A stretch of 32,000 nucleotides of DNA from Formosa sp. Hel1_33_131 (GCF_001735745.1 NZ_CP017260.1:270001-302000), one strand, 5' to 3'; positions 1-9,938 are shown, counted from the stretch's first letter. Numbers and translations are program-made. Notes: generated by a model from the letters alone, not told the origin.

Positions 1-1695
1 GGACGCTTGGATTATACAGCAATCGGGAATACCCTTAATACTTCCGAAAACAACAGTGCTGTGGACTGTGTCATTAATACAGCTTCTTCGGCAAACTTAA
101 ATTTATCTACCACACAAACCATCGAAGCTGCTTATCTGTACTGGGCGGGATCAGGATCGGGCGATTTTAATGTGACTCTTAACACCACAGAAATCACCCC
201 CTCACGAACCTTCGCTTATAGCTTGGACTCGTCACGAGAATTTTTTGCAGCCTTTGCAGATGTCACCACTTTAATTCAAACCGAAGGAAACGGTTTATAT
301 ACCCTTAGTAATTTAGAACAAATAAACATTTCATCTGACTATTGCTCTACAGGGACAAATTTTGCGGGCTGGGCCATTACTATCATTTACTCAGACCCTA
401 ACCTTCCACTCAATCAATTAAACGTTTATGATGGCTTAGAAAGTGTCCCAAGTAATATCACCATTCAATTGGACAATCTTAATGTCATGGATACTAATGG
501 TGCTAGAATCGGTTTTATAGCTTGGGAAGGCGATGCTGGTTTGGCAGTCAATGAAGTCTTACAAATGAATGGCATCACACTTAGTAACCCACCTCTTAAT
601 CCCGCGAATAACGCCTTTAATGGCACCAATAGCTTTACGAACGACTCCAATTTATACAATATGGATATCGACGTTTATCCCATAGAAAACACCATTAATG
701 TGGGGGATTCATCTGCAATCATACAATTATCTTCTGGACAAGATTTAGTAATGGTCAATAATATCATTACCGTATTAAACAGTCAATTACCAGATGCGAG
801 TGTCGTTATAGACACTATTGAACAAAGTTGCAATTCTCGTGAATTAACTGTTGAATATTCTGTAGAAAATCTGAATTCCACACACTTTCTGCCCGCAAAT
901 ACGCCCATCTCATTTTATGCCAACGCTGTCCTCGTTGCTCAAGCACAAACCCTAAACGACATCCCTATTAATGAAACGGAGTCAAATACAATTAGTGTTA
1001 CGGTTGATCCATCACTTTTAGATCCTGTTAACCTTACAATTGTAGTGGATGATGACGGTACTGGGGCTGGAATTATCACTGAAATTAGTGAAACAAACAA
1101 TACGGCTAACACCTCTATTGAATTTTTAGAATCTCCTGATCCGACTCCTTTAACTCCTTTAATAGGTTGTAATTTCGGAAACAATGAAGCCGTTTTTAAT
1201 TTACGAAATGCTTTAAATGAAATAGATTCTTCATTCGATTTAGAAACCGCTATCTTTTATCAATCCTTAGAAGATTTGATTGATGACCTAGGTGCGTTGA
1301 TAGATCCCTCACAATACATCAATTCGAACGGAGTTGACACCATCTATTTCAGAGTAGATGCAAACCCCTGTTATGAAATTTTTTCAGTGAATTTAGAGGT
1401 CAACGAATGTGACCCTAACATCCCTCAGGGTTTTTCACCCAACGGAGATGGCTTTAATGACTGGTTTAACATAGATGGGCTCTACGATGTGTTTTTACAA
1501 CACGAACTCTTAATATTCAATCGTTTAGGAGCTATTATTTTTAAAGGGAATAACGATCTTAAATGGGATGGAAAAGCCAATTACGGCCCGCTCAAAGGCG
1601 ACAACCTCTTACCTGTTGGAACCTATTTTTATGTATTGTATTTGAATGTTCAAAATGCAAAACCCAGATCTGGTTGGGTTTATATGAATTATTAA
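1..1695 (+). CDS. Large secreted adhesin-like protein, C-terminal part only (5' end lies outside the window), ending in a T9SS type B / gliding-motility-associated C-terminal sorting domain
   Basis: Frame 1 is open from base 1, so the TTG at 7 in the ORF track is only the first possible start. The last ~91 aa (nt 1420-1692) read IPQGFSPNGDGFNDWF..LLIFNRLG..WDG..G..LPVGTYFYVL, the signature of the Bacteroidota CHU_C/type B sorting domain. Stop TAA at 1693-1695. Confidence 0.8.
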   Translation, partial: GRLDYTAIGNTLNTSENNSAVDCVINTASSANLNLSTTQTIEAAYLYWAGSGSGDFNVTLNTTEITPSRTFAYSLDSSREFFAAFADVTTLIQTEGNGLYTLSNLEQINISSDYCSTGTNFAGWAITIIYSDPNLPLNQLNVYDGLESVPSNITIQLDNLNVMDTNGARIGFIAWEGDAGLAVNEVLQMNGITLSNPPLNPANNAFNGTNSFTNDSNLYNMDIDVYPIENTINVGDSSAIIQLSSGQDLVMVNNIITVLNSQLPDASVVIDTIEQSCNSRELTVEYSVENLNSTHFLPANTPISFYANAVLVAQAQTLNDIPINETESNTISVTVDPSLLDPVNLTIVVDDDGTGAGIITEISETNNTANTSIEFLESPDPTPLTPLIGCNFGNNEAVFNLRNALNEIDSSFDLETAIFYQSLEDLIDDLGALIDPSQYINSNGVDTIYFRVDANPCYEIFSVNLEVNECDPNIPQGFSPNGDGFNDWFNIDGLYDVFLQHELLIFNRLGAIIFKGNNDLKWDGKANYGPLKGDNLLPVGTYFYVLYLNVQNAKPRSGWVYMNY

Positions 1696-1725
1696 TCTGT
1701 TTTTAAAAAATATTTTTAGACTCTC

Positions 1726-1757
1726 TTTGCTCTAGCGCTTTCTTTGCATTAGCTTTG
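1726..1757 (+). promoter_or_regulatory. Candidate Bacteroidota sigma-A promoter of uvrB (TTTG, 20-nt spacer, TAGCTTTG)
   Basis: TTTG at 1726-1729 and TAGCTTTG (TAnnTTTG) at 1750-1757. The -7 box ends 5 nt before the uvrB ATG (1763), implying a leaderless or near-leaderless transcript. Motif match only. Confidence 0.35.
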
Positions 1758-1762
1758 CAGCT

Positions 1763-3766
1763 ATGCAATTTAAGCTTACTTCTGATTTCAAACCCACTGG
1801 TGACCAACCGACTGCTATAAAACAATTAGTAGCTGGAATTGAGTCCGATGAAAAATACCAAACACTTTTGGGAGTTACTGGGTCTGGAAAAACATTCACG
1901 GTCGCCAATATCATTCAAGAAGTACAGCGACCTACACTTGTGTTGGCGCATAACAAAACCCTTGCCGCACAACTGTATTCAGAATTCAAACAGTTTTTCC
2001 CTGAAAATGCTGTTGAATATTTTGTATCCTATTACGATTATTACCAGCCAGAAGCCTACATTCCTGTTTCAGGAACCTATATAGAAAAAGATTTATCCAT
2101 TAATGAAGAAATTGAAAAGCTGCGCTTAAGCACCACTTCTTCCCTATTATCGGGGCGAAGAGATGTCATTGTCATTGCTTCGGTTTCGTGTTTGTATGGA
2201 ATTGGGAATCCTGCTGAATTTCAGAAAAATGTCATCAGCCTAAAAGCAAATGAAGTCATTTCAAGAACTGCTTTGTTACACAAACTCGTTCAAAGTTTAT
2301 ACTCAAGAACCGAAGGCGAATTTAATCATGGTAACTTTAGAATTAAAGGGGATACAGTAGATGTATTCCCTAGTTATGCCGATCATGGGTTTAGAATTCA
2401 CTTTTTTGGCGATGAAATTGAAGCCATTGAAGCTTTTGACGTTAACAACAACAAAGTCATCGAAGTCTATGAAAGTGTAACCATATATCCTGCAAATATG
2501 TTTGTGACCTCGCCTGATATTTTACAAAATGCGATCAAAGACATTCAAGATGATTTGGTTCTACAACACGACTATTTTAAAGACATTGGAAAACACCTTG
2601 AAGCGAAACGTTTGAAAGAACGTACGGAGTTTGATTTGGAAATGATTCGCGAATTGGGCTATTGTTCAGGAATTGAAAACTATTCACGCTACTTGGATGG
2701 GCGAGCACCAGGCACCCGTCCCTTTTGTTTATTAGATTATTTTCCGAGTGATTCATTGATGGTGATTGATGAAAGTCACGTGACCATATCTCAAGTCCAT
2801 GCGATGTATGGTGGCGATCGGAGTCGTAAAGAAAATTTAGTTGAATATGGCTTTCGCTTGCCTGCAGCAATGGACAATCGACCTTTAAAATTTGAAGAAT
2901 TTGAAAGCCTTCAAAACCAAGTATTGTATGTCAGTGCCACCCCAGCCGATTATGAATTGGAAAAATCAGGTGGTGTTGTTGTCGAACAGGTTATTCGACC
3001 AACGGGATTGTTGGACCCTATTATAGAAGTACGGCCGAGTTTGAATCAAATTGACGATTTGATTGAAGAAATTCAACAACGCGTCGAAAAAGACGAACGA
3101 ACATTGGTCACTACTCTAACCAAACGAATGGCAGAAGAGTTGACCAAATATCTGGCACGTATTCAAATTCGCTGTCGTTATATCCATAGTGATGTGGATA
3201 CCTTGGAACGGGTTGAAATTATGCAAGATTTACGTAAAGGGATATTTGATGTGCTTGTAGGTGTCAACTTATTAAGAGAAGGTTTGGACCTTCCAGAAGT
3301 CTCATTAGTAGTGATTTTAGACGCAGATAAGGAAGGTTTTTTGCGTTCGGCACGCTCACTCACGCAAACCGTAGGACGCGCTGCCAGACACCTCAACGGA
3401 CGTGCTATTATGTATGCAGATAAGATTACCAAAAGCATGCAAAAAACCATCGATGAAACGGAGTACCGTCGGGAAAAACAAATTGCCTACAATACCAAAC
3501 ACAAACTCGTACCTAAAGCACTTAATAAAAGTTTAAACAATGCACTGACTAAGAACTCGGTGAGTAGTTATTATTATGAACAGGAGGCGCTCAAAGCGGC
3601 GGAACCGGAAAATGCATACTTGGCAGCTCCTGAATTAGAACAAAAAATCAGAGACACCCGAAAGCTCATGGAGTCTGCAGCAAAAGATTTGGATTTCTTA
3701 CATGCTGCACAGTTTAGAGATCAAATTAAAGACTACCAAAAAAAGTTGGAGGCTTTAAAAGTTTAA
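1763..3766 (+). CDS. uvrB: Excinuclease ABC subunit B (UvrB)
   Basis: 667 aa. N-terminus F.L.SDFKPTGDQP.AI..L, Walker A GVTGSGKTFT, helicase motifs (DESH, LREGLDLPEV, QT.GRAAR) and a C-terminal UVR motif (AAQFRDQIK). Unmistakable UvrB. Confidence 0.97.
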   Translation: MQFKLTSDFKPTGDQPTAIKQLVAGIESDEKYQTLLGVTGSGKTFTVANIIQEVQRPTLVLAHNKTLAAQLYSEFKQFFPENAVEYFVSYYDYYQPEAYIPVSGTYIEKDLSINEEIEKLRLSTTSSLLSGRRDVIVIASVSCLYGIGNPAEFQKNVISLKANEVISRTALLHKLVQSLYSRTEGEFNHGNFRIKGDTVDVFPSYADHGFRIHFFGDEIEAIEAFDVNNNKVIEVYESVTIYPANMFVTSPDILQNAIKDIQDDLVLQHDYFKDIGKHLEAKRLKERTEFDLEMIRELGYCSGIENYSRYLDGRAPGTRPFCLLDYFPSDSLMVIDESHVTISQVHAMYGGDRSRKENLVEYGFRLPAAMDNRPLKFEEFESLQNQVLYVSATPADYELEKSGGVVVEQVIRPTGLLDPIIEVRPSLNQIDDLIEEIQQRVEKDERTLVTTLTKRMAEELTKYLARIQIRCRYIHSDVDTLERVEIMQDLRKGIFDVLVGVNLLREGLDLPEVSLVVILDADKEGFLRSARSLTQTVGRAARHLNGRAIMYADKITKSMQKTIDETEYRREKQIAYNTKHKLVPKALNKSLNNALTKNSVSSYYYEQEALKAAEPENAYLAAPELEQKIRDTRKLMESAAKDLDFLHAAQFRDQIKDYQKKLEALKV

Positions 3767-3841
3767 CAATCTAACATGGTAAGCAGATATTATTTCTTGC
3801 TAAAAAACAATTTAATAATTCTTAAAAAATAATTCCTTTTC

Positions 3842-5410
3842 TTATTTAAGAATTAGTTTTTTTGTGGCTAAACCATATTTATTTTTCATGCTTATAAAAT
3901 AGATACCGCTTGTTAAATCACTGAGGTCAAAATCGTGATTCATTAACTCTTCTTTAGTGTTAAAATGAAACGATTTCACTTGTTTACCTTCAATGGTTAA
4001 AACTCTAACTTTTGTTTCCGCATCTTGAATAGATGATTGAATAGAAAACTTCCCATTGGTTGGATTTGGATAGATTGATAAATCATAAGTTCCACTATTC
4101 TCAATACTATTAATTCCAAGAGGCACACTAAAAATTAATGGTTCATCACTCTTGCTAATAACGTGAACATCTACCTTATAGTAAGGGTTAAATTGATTAT
4201 CACAATCATTACAACCAGAAATTGTTTCTTCATCACAATCAGAATTATTTGGATGACACAAATCTACATAGTCTGGGTGAAATCGATAATCCAAATCAAA
4301 AGAAGATCCTATATAAGCAGAAAGGTCGTATATATCGGGACTCGCTATTGAACCCGGACACCAGCCGGCTCTATTATTCTCCCAAGTTCCAAGTTGAGCT
4401 GTACAACTGTCTGGATTTGGATCACAAGTATTCCATAAATTTTGTATGAACACTTGTTCATTATTAATATCTAAATAATGGGTCGCCTCAAAAAACTCAG
4501 CAGCACTTGAAATGTTCTCACCCCAATTATGACCCGTAGTTGAAACAGATAAATAAGATTGTTGAATTCCATTGTTAAGGTTAAGATTGTAAGATTCAAC
4601 TGGTTGTAAGTTTGAGGGATCTCCAAAATCATAATCATTATCCCAAATTTCTGTAACAGAAGAATAGTCATAACTTGGAGTCCCTTGAATATACTCTAAA
4701 TCCAGAGACAATTGCCAACCACCAGTTCCCCAAGTATCAATAAATACTCTAAATTCAACTTCTCCCTGTAACAGCGAATTATAATTAGTGAGGTCTGTAA
4801 CATGATTGCAACCAATTCCATAAGGGGTAACATACCTTATAATCTGAATCCAATTTCCGTTTGGTGCTTTAATTTCAATCTGTGATAATCGTTCCCAATC
4901 ATCACATCCTCCATTAATTTGTGGACATTCCACTGTAAGTGTTGCATTTATTGAGTCGTAAACCCCCACAGACTGTGGTAACGTATAAGTTCCGTAATGC
5001 CATTTACTATCAGCATCCCCTGTATATTCAATAATGTCATCGTTCAAGGTCTCTACATTCTGAGATGTAGATTCTTGTACAACATTAATAGTTTTTGTTA
5101 GGGTCGTTTGAGTGCCAGAAGTGGAAGTTGCCGTGATTTCTATAATATGATTCCCATAACCTGAAGGTGTCCACAAAAAATAATAAAACCCCGTTTCTTC
5201 AACTGCTGTAAACACATCTGAATCGATACCCAAAGTAACAGAAGCAATCGTGTCTGGTTCCTCTACAAATGCATTCATATAAATTATATACGGTTTTAAG
5301 GATGGCATTTCCAAATTGTAATCTTCCGTTAATTGCGTTGTTAAGTCCGGAGCTGTTTGACTGAAGCAAAAAGAAGTTACTAGCAGTAAAGCGAATTGTA
5401 ATTTATGCAT
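3842..5410 (-). CDS. Secreted PNGase F-like (peptide-N-glycosidase F family) protein with N-terminal Ig-like region and T9SS type A C-terminal sorting domain
   Basis: 522 aa with signal peptide MHKLQFALLLVTSFCFSQ. The core aligns by eye with Elizabethkingia PNGase F: CDDWERLSQIEI / VTPYGIG / TDLTNYNSLLQGEVEFRVFIDTW / EYIQGTPSYDYSSV / AAEFFEATHYLDINN / NRAGWCPG. The C-terminus LSIYPNPTNGKF..GIYFISMKN..KKLILK is a Por secretion tail. Confidence 0.8.
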   Translation of the reverse strand: MHKLQFALLLVTSFCFSQTAPDLTTQLTEDYNLEMPSLKPYIIYMNAFVEEPDTIASVTLGIDSDVFTAVEETGFYYFLWTPSGYGNHIIEITATSTSGTQTTLTKTINVVQESTSQNVETLNDDIIEYTGDADSKWHYGTYTLPQSVGVYDSINATLTVECPQINGGCDDWERLSQIEIKAPNGNWIQIIRYVTPYGIGCNHVTDLTNYNSLLQGEVEFRVFIDTWGTGGWQLSLDLEYIQGTPSYDYSSVTEIWDNDYDFGDPSNLQPVESYNLNLNNGIQQSYLSVSTTGHNWGENISSAAEFFEATHYLDINNEQVFIQNLWNTCDPNPDSCTAQLGTWENNRAGWCPGSIASPDIYDLSAYIGSSFDLDYRFHPDYVDLCHPNNSDCDEETISGCNDCDNQFNPYYKVDVHVISKSDEPLIFSVPLGINSIENSGTYDLSIYPNPTNGKFSIQSSIQDAETKVRVLTIEGKQVKSFHFNTKEELMNHDFDLSDLTSGIYFISMKNKYGLATKKLILK

Positions 5411-5728
5411 TAAATAAAAATTAAATTAACCCAAATTTATTTTATTAATAATTCTTATACATTGATCTGAATCAAGAAATTCAAATTATTTTTCATTGGT
5501 TAATTATTGATTGTAATTTAAAACAAATATACGAGTTTCATTAGCATTAAAACCTATCAATTCAAAGAAGCTAACTTTAAATTAAAAAAAAGTAAAGCGG
5601 AAATAACCTCGGCTTTTCATTTCTTTTTTAATATTTTTATAGAACTGAAGTAAAGAACTTAATTATAGGTTATGAAACATCCATAACTAAATCTTGGTAC
5701 TCAAGGGAAATGATTAAATGGATGTACC

Positions 5729-5776
5729 ATACTTGCACTGAGCCTGCCTATCGACAGACAGGCGCCGTCGAAGTAT
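5729..5776 (+). other. GC-rich imperfect 48-nt hairpin in the patatin gene leader / divergent intergenic region
   Basis: ATACTTGCACTGAGCCTGCC-TATCGACA-GACAGGCGCCGTCGAAGTAT. The two 20-nt arms pair at 15/20 positions around an 8-nt loop. It ends 28 nt before the ATG at 5804 and is far more GC-rich than its surroundings. Confidence 0.3.
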
Positions 5777-5803
5777 GACCGTTAAAAATCAATAAATACA
5801 CAC

Positions 5804-6748
5804 ATGAAAAGAGCATTGGTAATTTCTGGAGGTGGAAGCAAAGGAGCATTTGCAGGCGGAGTTGCGCAATATTTAATGAAAAATGAAGGCAAAGAATACG
5901 ATTTATTTTTAGGTACTTCTACAGGGAGTTTGATGGTTTCGCATCTCGCTTTAGGCATGTTAGATGAACTCAAAGAACTCTACACAAATGTAAACCAGAA
6001 AAGCATTTTCAGTAACAATCCTTTTAAAATTAAAAAAGTTGATGGAGAAAAAGTGATCAGTATTCGGCATTTAAACACCCTTTGGAATTTTTTAAACGGA
6101 AGAAAAACGTTTGGTGAAAGCAAAAACTTAAGACGTTTAATTAAGAAGAATATTACCAAAGAAATGTACGCTAAAATTAGAGCAGAAAACAAAGAAGTAA
6201 TCGTAACTGTTTCAAATTTAACAGCAAATAGAGTTGAATATAAATCAATTCAAGAGTGTACCTATGACGATTTTTGCGATTGGATTTGGGGTTCCTGCAA
6301 CTATATTCCATTTATGAGTTTGTTAGAAAAAAATCATTATCAGTATGCTGATGGTGGTTTTGGTTCTTTAGTACCTATTAGAGAAGCCATTTTAAGAGGC
6401 GCCACAGAAATTGATGCCATTATTTTAGAAACAGAGGTGACTCAATTTAATAAATTACCTGCTAAAAATCCGTTTTCTTTACTATTTGATATTTTTGATT
6501 TTATGCTCACACACGTAGAAAGACATAATATTACGATTGGAAAACTCGCTGCAAACAATAAAAATGTAAAGCTTAATTTATATTATACCCCTACCGTTTT
6601 AACCACAAACTCTTTAGTTTTTGATAAAGGATTGATGCGAAAATGGTGGAAATCTGGTTTCAAATATGCGAAGTCTAAGCAAGAAGAAATTATGAGTGAA
6701 TTCAGACCCGATGTGTTAACGGATACAGAAATAAAAGAAAATTTATAA
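5804..6748 (+). CDS. Patatin-like phospholipase family protein
   Basis: 314 aa with oxyanion GGGSKGAF, nucleophile elbow GTSTG (GxSxG) and catalytic DGG (YADGGFG). Confidence 0.85.
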   Translation: MKRALVISGGGSKGAFAGGVAQYLMKNEGKEYDLFLGTSTGSLMVSHLALGMLDELKELYTNVNQKSIFSNNPFKIKKVDGEKVISIRHLNTLWNFLNGRKTFGESKNLRRLIKKNITKEMYAKIRAENKEVIVTVSNLTANRVEYKSIQECTYDDFCDWIWGSCNYIPFMSLLEKNHYQYADGGFGSLVPIREAILRGATEIDAIILETEVTQFNKLPAKNPFSLLFDIFDFMLTHVERHNITIGKLAANNKNVKLNLYYTPTVLTTNSLVFDKGLMRKWWKSGFKYAKSKQEEIMSEFRPDVLTDTEIKENL

Positions 6749-6765
6749 ATTGAACTTTAGATCGT

Positions 6766-7998
6766 TTATTTGTTTTCAAAAACCGAATCTTTATACCATT
6801 GTTCTTCTTTATAATCGTCTATTCTTGATTTATATTCTCGGTTTTTTATAATCAAATGGGTGCGATCTTTCTGTTTGCTTCGGTAGCCAAAAAGATGAAA
6901 CAACTGTTTGGTAATCAGACGTGCAATACGCAAGTTCACTACCATTGTATCTTTCAGTTCTGAAGCCCATTTAACGCCTGGAAGCATCACAAAGATTCGA
7001 TCCGTTTTGTAGGTTCTTAGAACTTCTGAAAGGAGTAAGAAAAAAGGGGATATTTTTCGTATCAGAAAATAACCATCACTCCCTTGAGATTGATAGAGTG
7101 GCATAAAAATAATGGCCTTTTTTAAAGCGTAAATGGGTTGTTCATTGAGTGTTGCCAAAACCTCTTTTCGTTTGATGGTTTGAAAATTTAAAAACCCTGG
7201 TTTCATAACGAATCGTTCCTTTTTTTTAACTTCTAATCGATAATACACCTCGTAAAAATGTTGATGTTCTGGAAAGTGGGTGTTCCAATGGTCGATATAG
7301 TGGTCAAAACCAACAGCATTTTTAGCGAGTGCCCCCGTAAATACAAGTGACAAATAGATGAAAATTTTATGATTCTCAACAGAACTTAGAGCGTCATGCT
7401 GACCCGCTTCAAACCCAAAAGAAACATATCCGAGTTCATTAATATAACTTAGAAGTGGTCCCTCAAGATACTCTTCAATACCTAAAATTAAAGGCACCGG
7501 ATATTGCTGCGTAAATTTTCTATTCAACAAGCTGTCATTGACCGTAATAAATGGAGGAGATGCACTTGAAGTTGTATGAAGGTCAAAAAAGTAGAAAGGG
7601 CCTTCCTCCTCTTTTAAAATGGTATTTAGTAATTGAAAAATTTCCAACTGTTGTTTTTCATCCTCATTCTCAGGGATGAGATCTCCATTTTCTAAGGCTT
7701 CTATTTTATCTTGTGACCAGAGACGATTCAAGTCTGTTTTGTGGTAACGCACCGCTCTTTCCAAGGCCCATAAATTACCGCTTATGGCAATCATCGTTCC
7801 AGAAAATTCGTTTTGCTTTGGTTGCAATTCCTTAAGAACTTGATGCAAGGCAAACAGCCCCGAAGGTTCATTTCCGTGAATACCTCCCAAAAAAACCAAA
7901 CAAGGCCCTGGATACTCCCCGTCTATTCGTCCCACAATTCGGTTCACGCTAATGGTTTGATTGAGTGCTTTGCTATGAACTTCAGGCATTATAAACAT
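6766..7998 (-). CDS. Succinylglutamate desuccinylase/aspartoacylase (AstE/AspA, M14-like zinc hydrolase) family protein with ~150-aa C-terminal extension
   Basis: 410 aa with zinc-site motifs GGIHGNEPSG and FFDLHTTS. The start overlaps the stop of the upstream gene: by 17 nt with ATG 7998, or as ATGCCTGA with the second ATG at 7989. Confidence 0.75.
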   Translation of the reverse strand: MFIMPEVHSKALNQTISVNRIVGRIDGEYPGPCLVFLGGIHGNEPSGLFALHQVLKELQPKQNEFSGTMIAISGNLWALERAVRYHKTDLNRLWSQDKIEALENGDLIPENEDEKQQLEIFQLLNTILKEEEGPFYFFDLHTTSSASPPFITVNDSLLNRKFTQQYPVPLILGIEEYLEGPLLSYINELGYVSFGFEAGQHDALSSVENHKIFIYLSLVFTGALAKNAVGFDHYIDHWNTHFPEHQHFYEVYYRLEVKKKERFVMKPGFLNFQTIKRKEVLATLNEQPIYALKKAIIFMPLYQSQGSDGYFLIRKISPFFLLLSEVLRTYKTDRIFVMLPGVKWASELKDTMVVNLRIARLITKQLFHLFGYRSKQKDRTHLIIKNREYKSRIDDYKEEQWYKDSVFENK

Positions 7999-9853
7999 GG
8001 ATAAGGTCTTTGAGTGTTAAAATTCCAACCAGTTGAGTTTCTTGTAATACGGGCAAACACCCTATTTTATGTTTTTTCATGAGGGCAATGGCTTTGTTTA
8101 AAGGAGTAGATGTTTGTGCAGTAAATACATCGGTAATCATAATTTCTCGTGCACTGATTGAATTGTTAGCATCCTGTACCTGATCCCAAAATTGTTTTAG
8201 ATGCTGCCATGTAATTAAGCCGACCAATGTTCCGTCATTGTTTACAACTGGTAAATGATGAATCGTATTCCACTTCATATAATTGAGTGTCAACAATCCT
8301 AAATCTGAGGTTTTAGCCGTTATAAGTGTTGAGGTCATAAGATGACCAACTTTTGTTGCTGTAGAGTTGAAAAATTTGATACTTTGTAAATTTGGCCATT
8401 CACTCACTTTGTCATAAGATTCCTGATTGGTATGTAAGGTCGAAGTAAGTGCTATTAAGGCATCATCTGGTTTTAATTGCTTTTTCAGATAACGATAATT
8501 TGTTACCATCCACTGCGACCCTGTCGATTTTAAAAGCCGATCTCTAATCACGTCTAGATATTTATCGATATCATCGTTATCAATTTTCATGCGTTCCAAT
8601 CCTATTTTGGAAATGGGCAGCAATACTTCTAATACCAGTTGATCGAGTGGAATTAATTTCCCTCTCCAGTTCATAATAGATTCAGTGCCTGTCCTTGCAG
8701 CACGAATAAAATTGGATTTCACATCTTCAAAATCCAATGTTCTAGGGATATCATCAAATTCAGTCGGTCGGCCTTTCATAAGTCCCACCCAAAACGCAAA
8801 ATTAGCCATTTCGTCTGTGGCGGTTGGACCTGATGGAATGTACCTGTTCTCGATACGAACATGAGGTTTCCCATTTCCTACTCCATAGCAAGGACGGTTC
8901 CATCTATAAATGGTTCCATTGTGCAAGTTAAGTGCTGTTAGCTTTGGGATTTTCCCAGCTTTCAATTCGTCAAAAGAACTGCTCTTAATTTCCTTTGTTA
9001 GCAAGGTTCTAAATTTAGATATTTCGTGTTTATAGAAATCTACGATGGTTCCTGTAAACCAACTGTTCCCAAAAGTGACTCTAGATTGTTGTTCCGTCTG
9101 AGCCAAGGAGACTCTTCGGGTGTCAATACTTTGTTGGAACAATGCAATGCGGGTTTCACTCCAAAGTTCTTTTCCAAGAAGTAAGGGCGAATTCACACAA
9201 GCTCCTAATACAGGCCCAGCGATTGTTTGTGCCCAATTATAGCTCGAGGCAAAATCATCAGGAGCTATTTGTAGATGCATTTGAAAACTGGTGTTGCAAG
9301 CTTCAAACATTACCGAATTGTGCATAATTGGGAGGTCGTCAACGCCCGCAAAATTCATTCGAAAATTTTCACCTTTAGCTTTTTTGAGTACCTCATTCAA
9401 AGCATAATAGCGATCGAAGGGTGTCATAAATTCAAGATCCAACTCATGTTTTGAAATGCTTGGCAAAATCCCTGTCAGTAGGATTTTAGTGTTGTTGTTA
9501 TTAGCAGCGGTTTTTGCTTTTTCCAAAAGGGACTTTAACTGATTTTCTACTTTTTTGAAAGCATCTGTTTTAAGTTCTATAGGGTCCAAATTTATTTCTA
9601 AATTAAAACGTGCTAATTCCGTAGTGAAATGCGAATCATTAATTGCTTCAAGCACTTCCAACGCATTTTTGGCAGGACGCCAATATTCATTGACCAAACA
9701 GAATTCTTGTTCGGCTCCAATACGGACAATATCGTCTTCGATCATCTTCTTCTCAAACATATATTCAAGACTTTTAAGGTCTTCCATAAGGTGGCGAAGG
9801 AACTCTATCCTCGCTTGATGATCTGATTTTGTATTTACTTTCTGCTCTCCCAT
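7982..9853 (-). CDS. Glutamate-cysteine ligase family 2 (carboxylate-amine ligase)-like protein fused to a C-terminal CBS-domain pair
   Basis: 623 aa. The N-terminal ~450 aa carry a GCS2-type GAEQEFCLVN motif and overall pattern. The last ~130 aa hold two CBS motifs (HHLPVVNNDGTLVGLIT ; KIGCLPVLQETQLVGILTLKDLI). Confidence 0.7.
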   Translation of the reverse strand: MGEQKVNTKSDHQARIEFLRHLMEDLKSLEYMFEKKMIEDDIVRIGAEQEFCLVNEYWRPAKNALEVLEAINDSHFTTELARFNLEINLDPIELKTDAFKKVENQLKSLLEKAKTAANNNNTKILLTGILPSISKHELDLEFMTPFDRYYALNEVLKKAKGENFRMNFAGVDDLPIMHNSVMFEACNTSFQMHLQIAPDDFASSYNWAQTIAGPVLGACVNSPLLLGKELWSETRIALFQQSIDTRRVSLAQTEQQSRVTFGNSWFTGTIVDFYKHEISKFRTLLTKEIKSSSFDELKAGKIPKLTALNLHNGTIYRWNRPCYGVGNGKPHVRIENRYIPSGPTATDEMANFAFWVGLMKGRPTEFDDIPRTLDFEDVKSNFIRAARTGTESIMNWRGKLIPLDQLVLEVLLPISKIGLERMKIDNDDIDKYLDVIRDRLLKSTGSQWMVTNYRYLKKQLKPDDALIALTSTLHTNQESYDKVSEWPNLQSIKFFNSTATKVGHLMTSTLITAKTSDLGLLTLNYMKWNTIHHLPVVNNDGTLVGLITWQHLKQFWDQVQDANNSISAREIMITDVFTAQTSTPLNKAIALMKKHKIGCLPVLQETQLVGILTLKDLIHVYNA

Positions 9854-9938
9854 ACAAAGAAGTTTTAAATGGTTTTATTTAGGTTCGATAGATTTTTTAA
9901 TTGCACAATCTGTATCCGTATCATAAATCAAAAGTTCT

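Noticed and set aside
465-3450. Short antisense ORFs inside the adhesin and uvrB genes (465-659, 939-1184, 1732-1914, 1839-2084, 2577-2870, 3178-3450)
   Set aside because: All are embedded in or antisense to strongly supported genes and have no recognisable motifs.
5804-6748. Patatin-like phospholipase as a CBASS/defence effector
   Set aside because: It has no adjacent cyclase, nucleotidyltransferase, E1/E2/JAB or other defence gene. Its neighbours are a PNGase F-like gene and a metabolic cluster, so it looks like a stand-alone housekeeping lipase.
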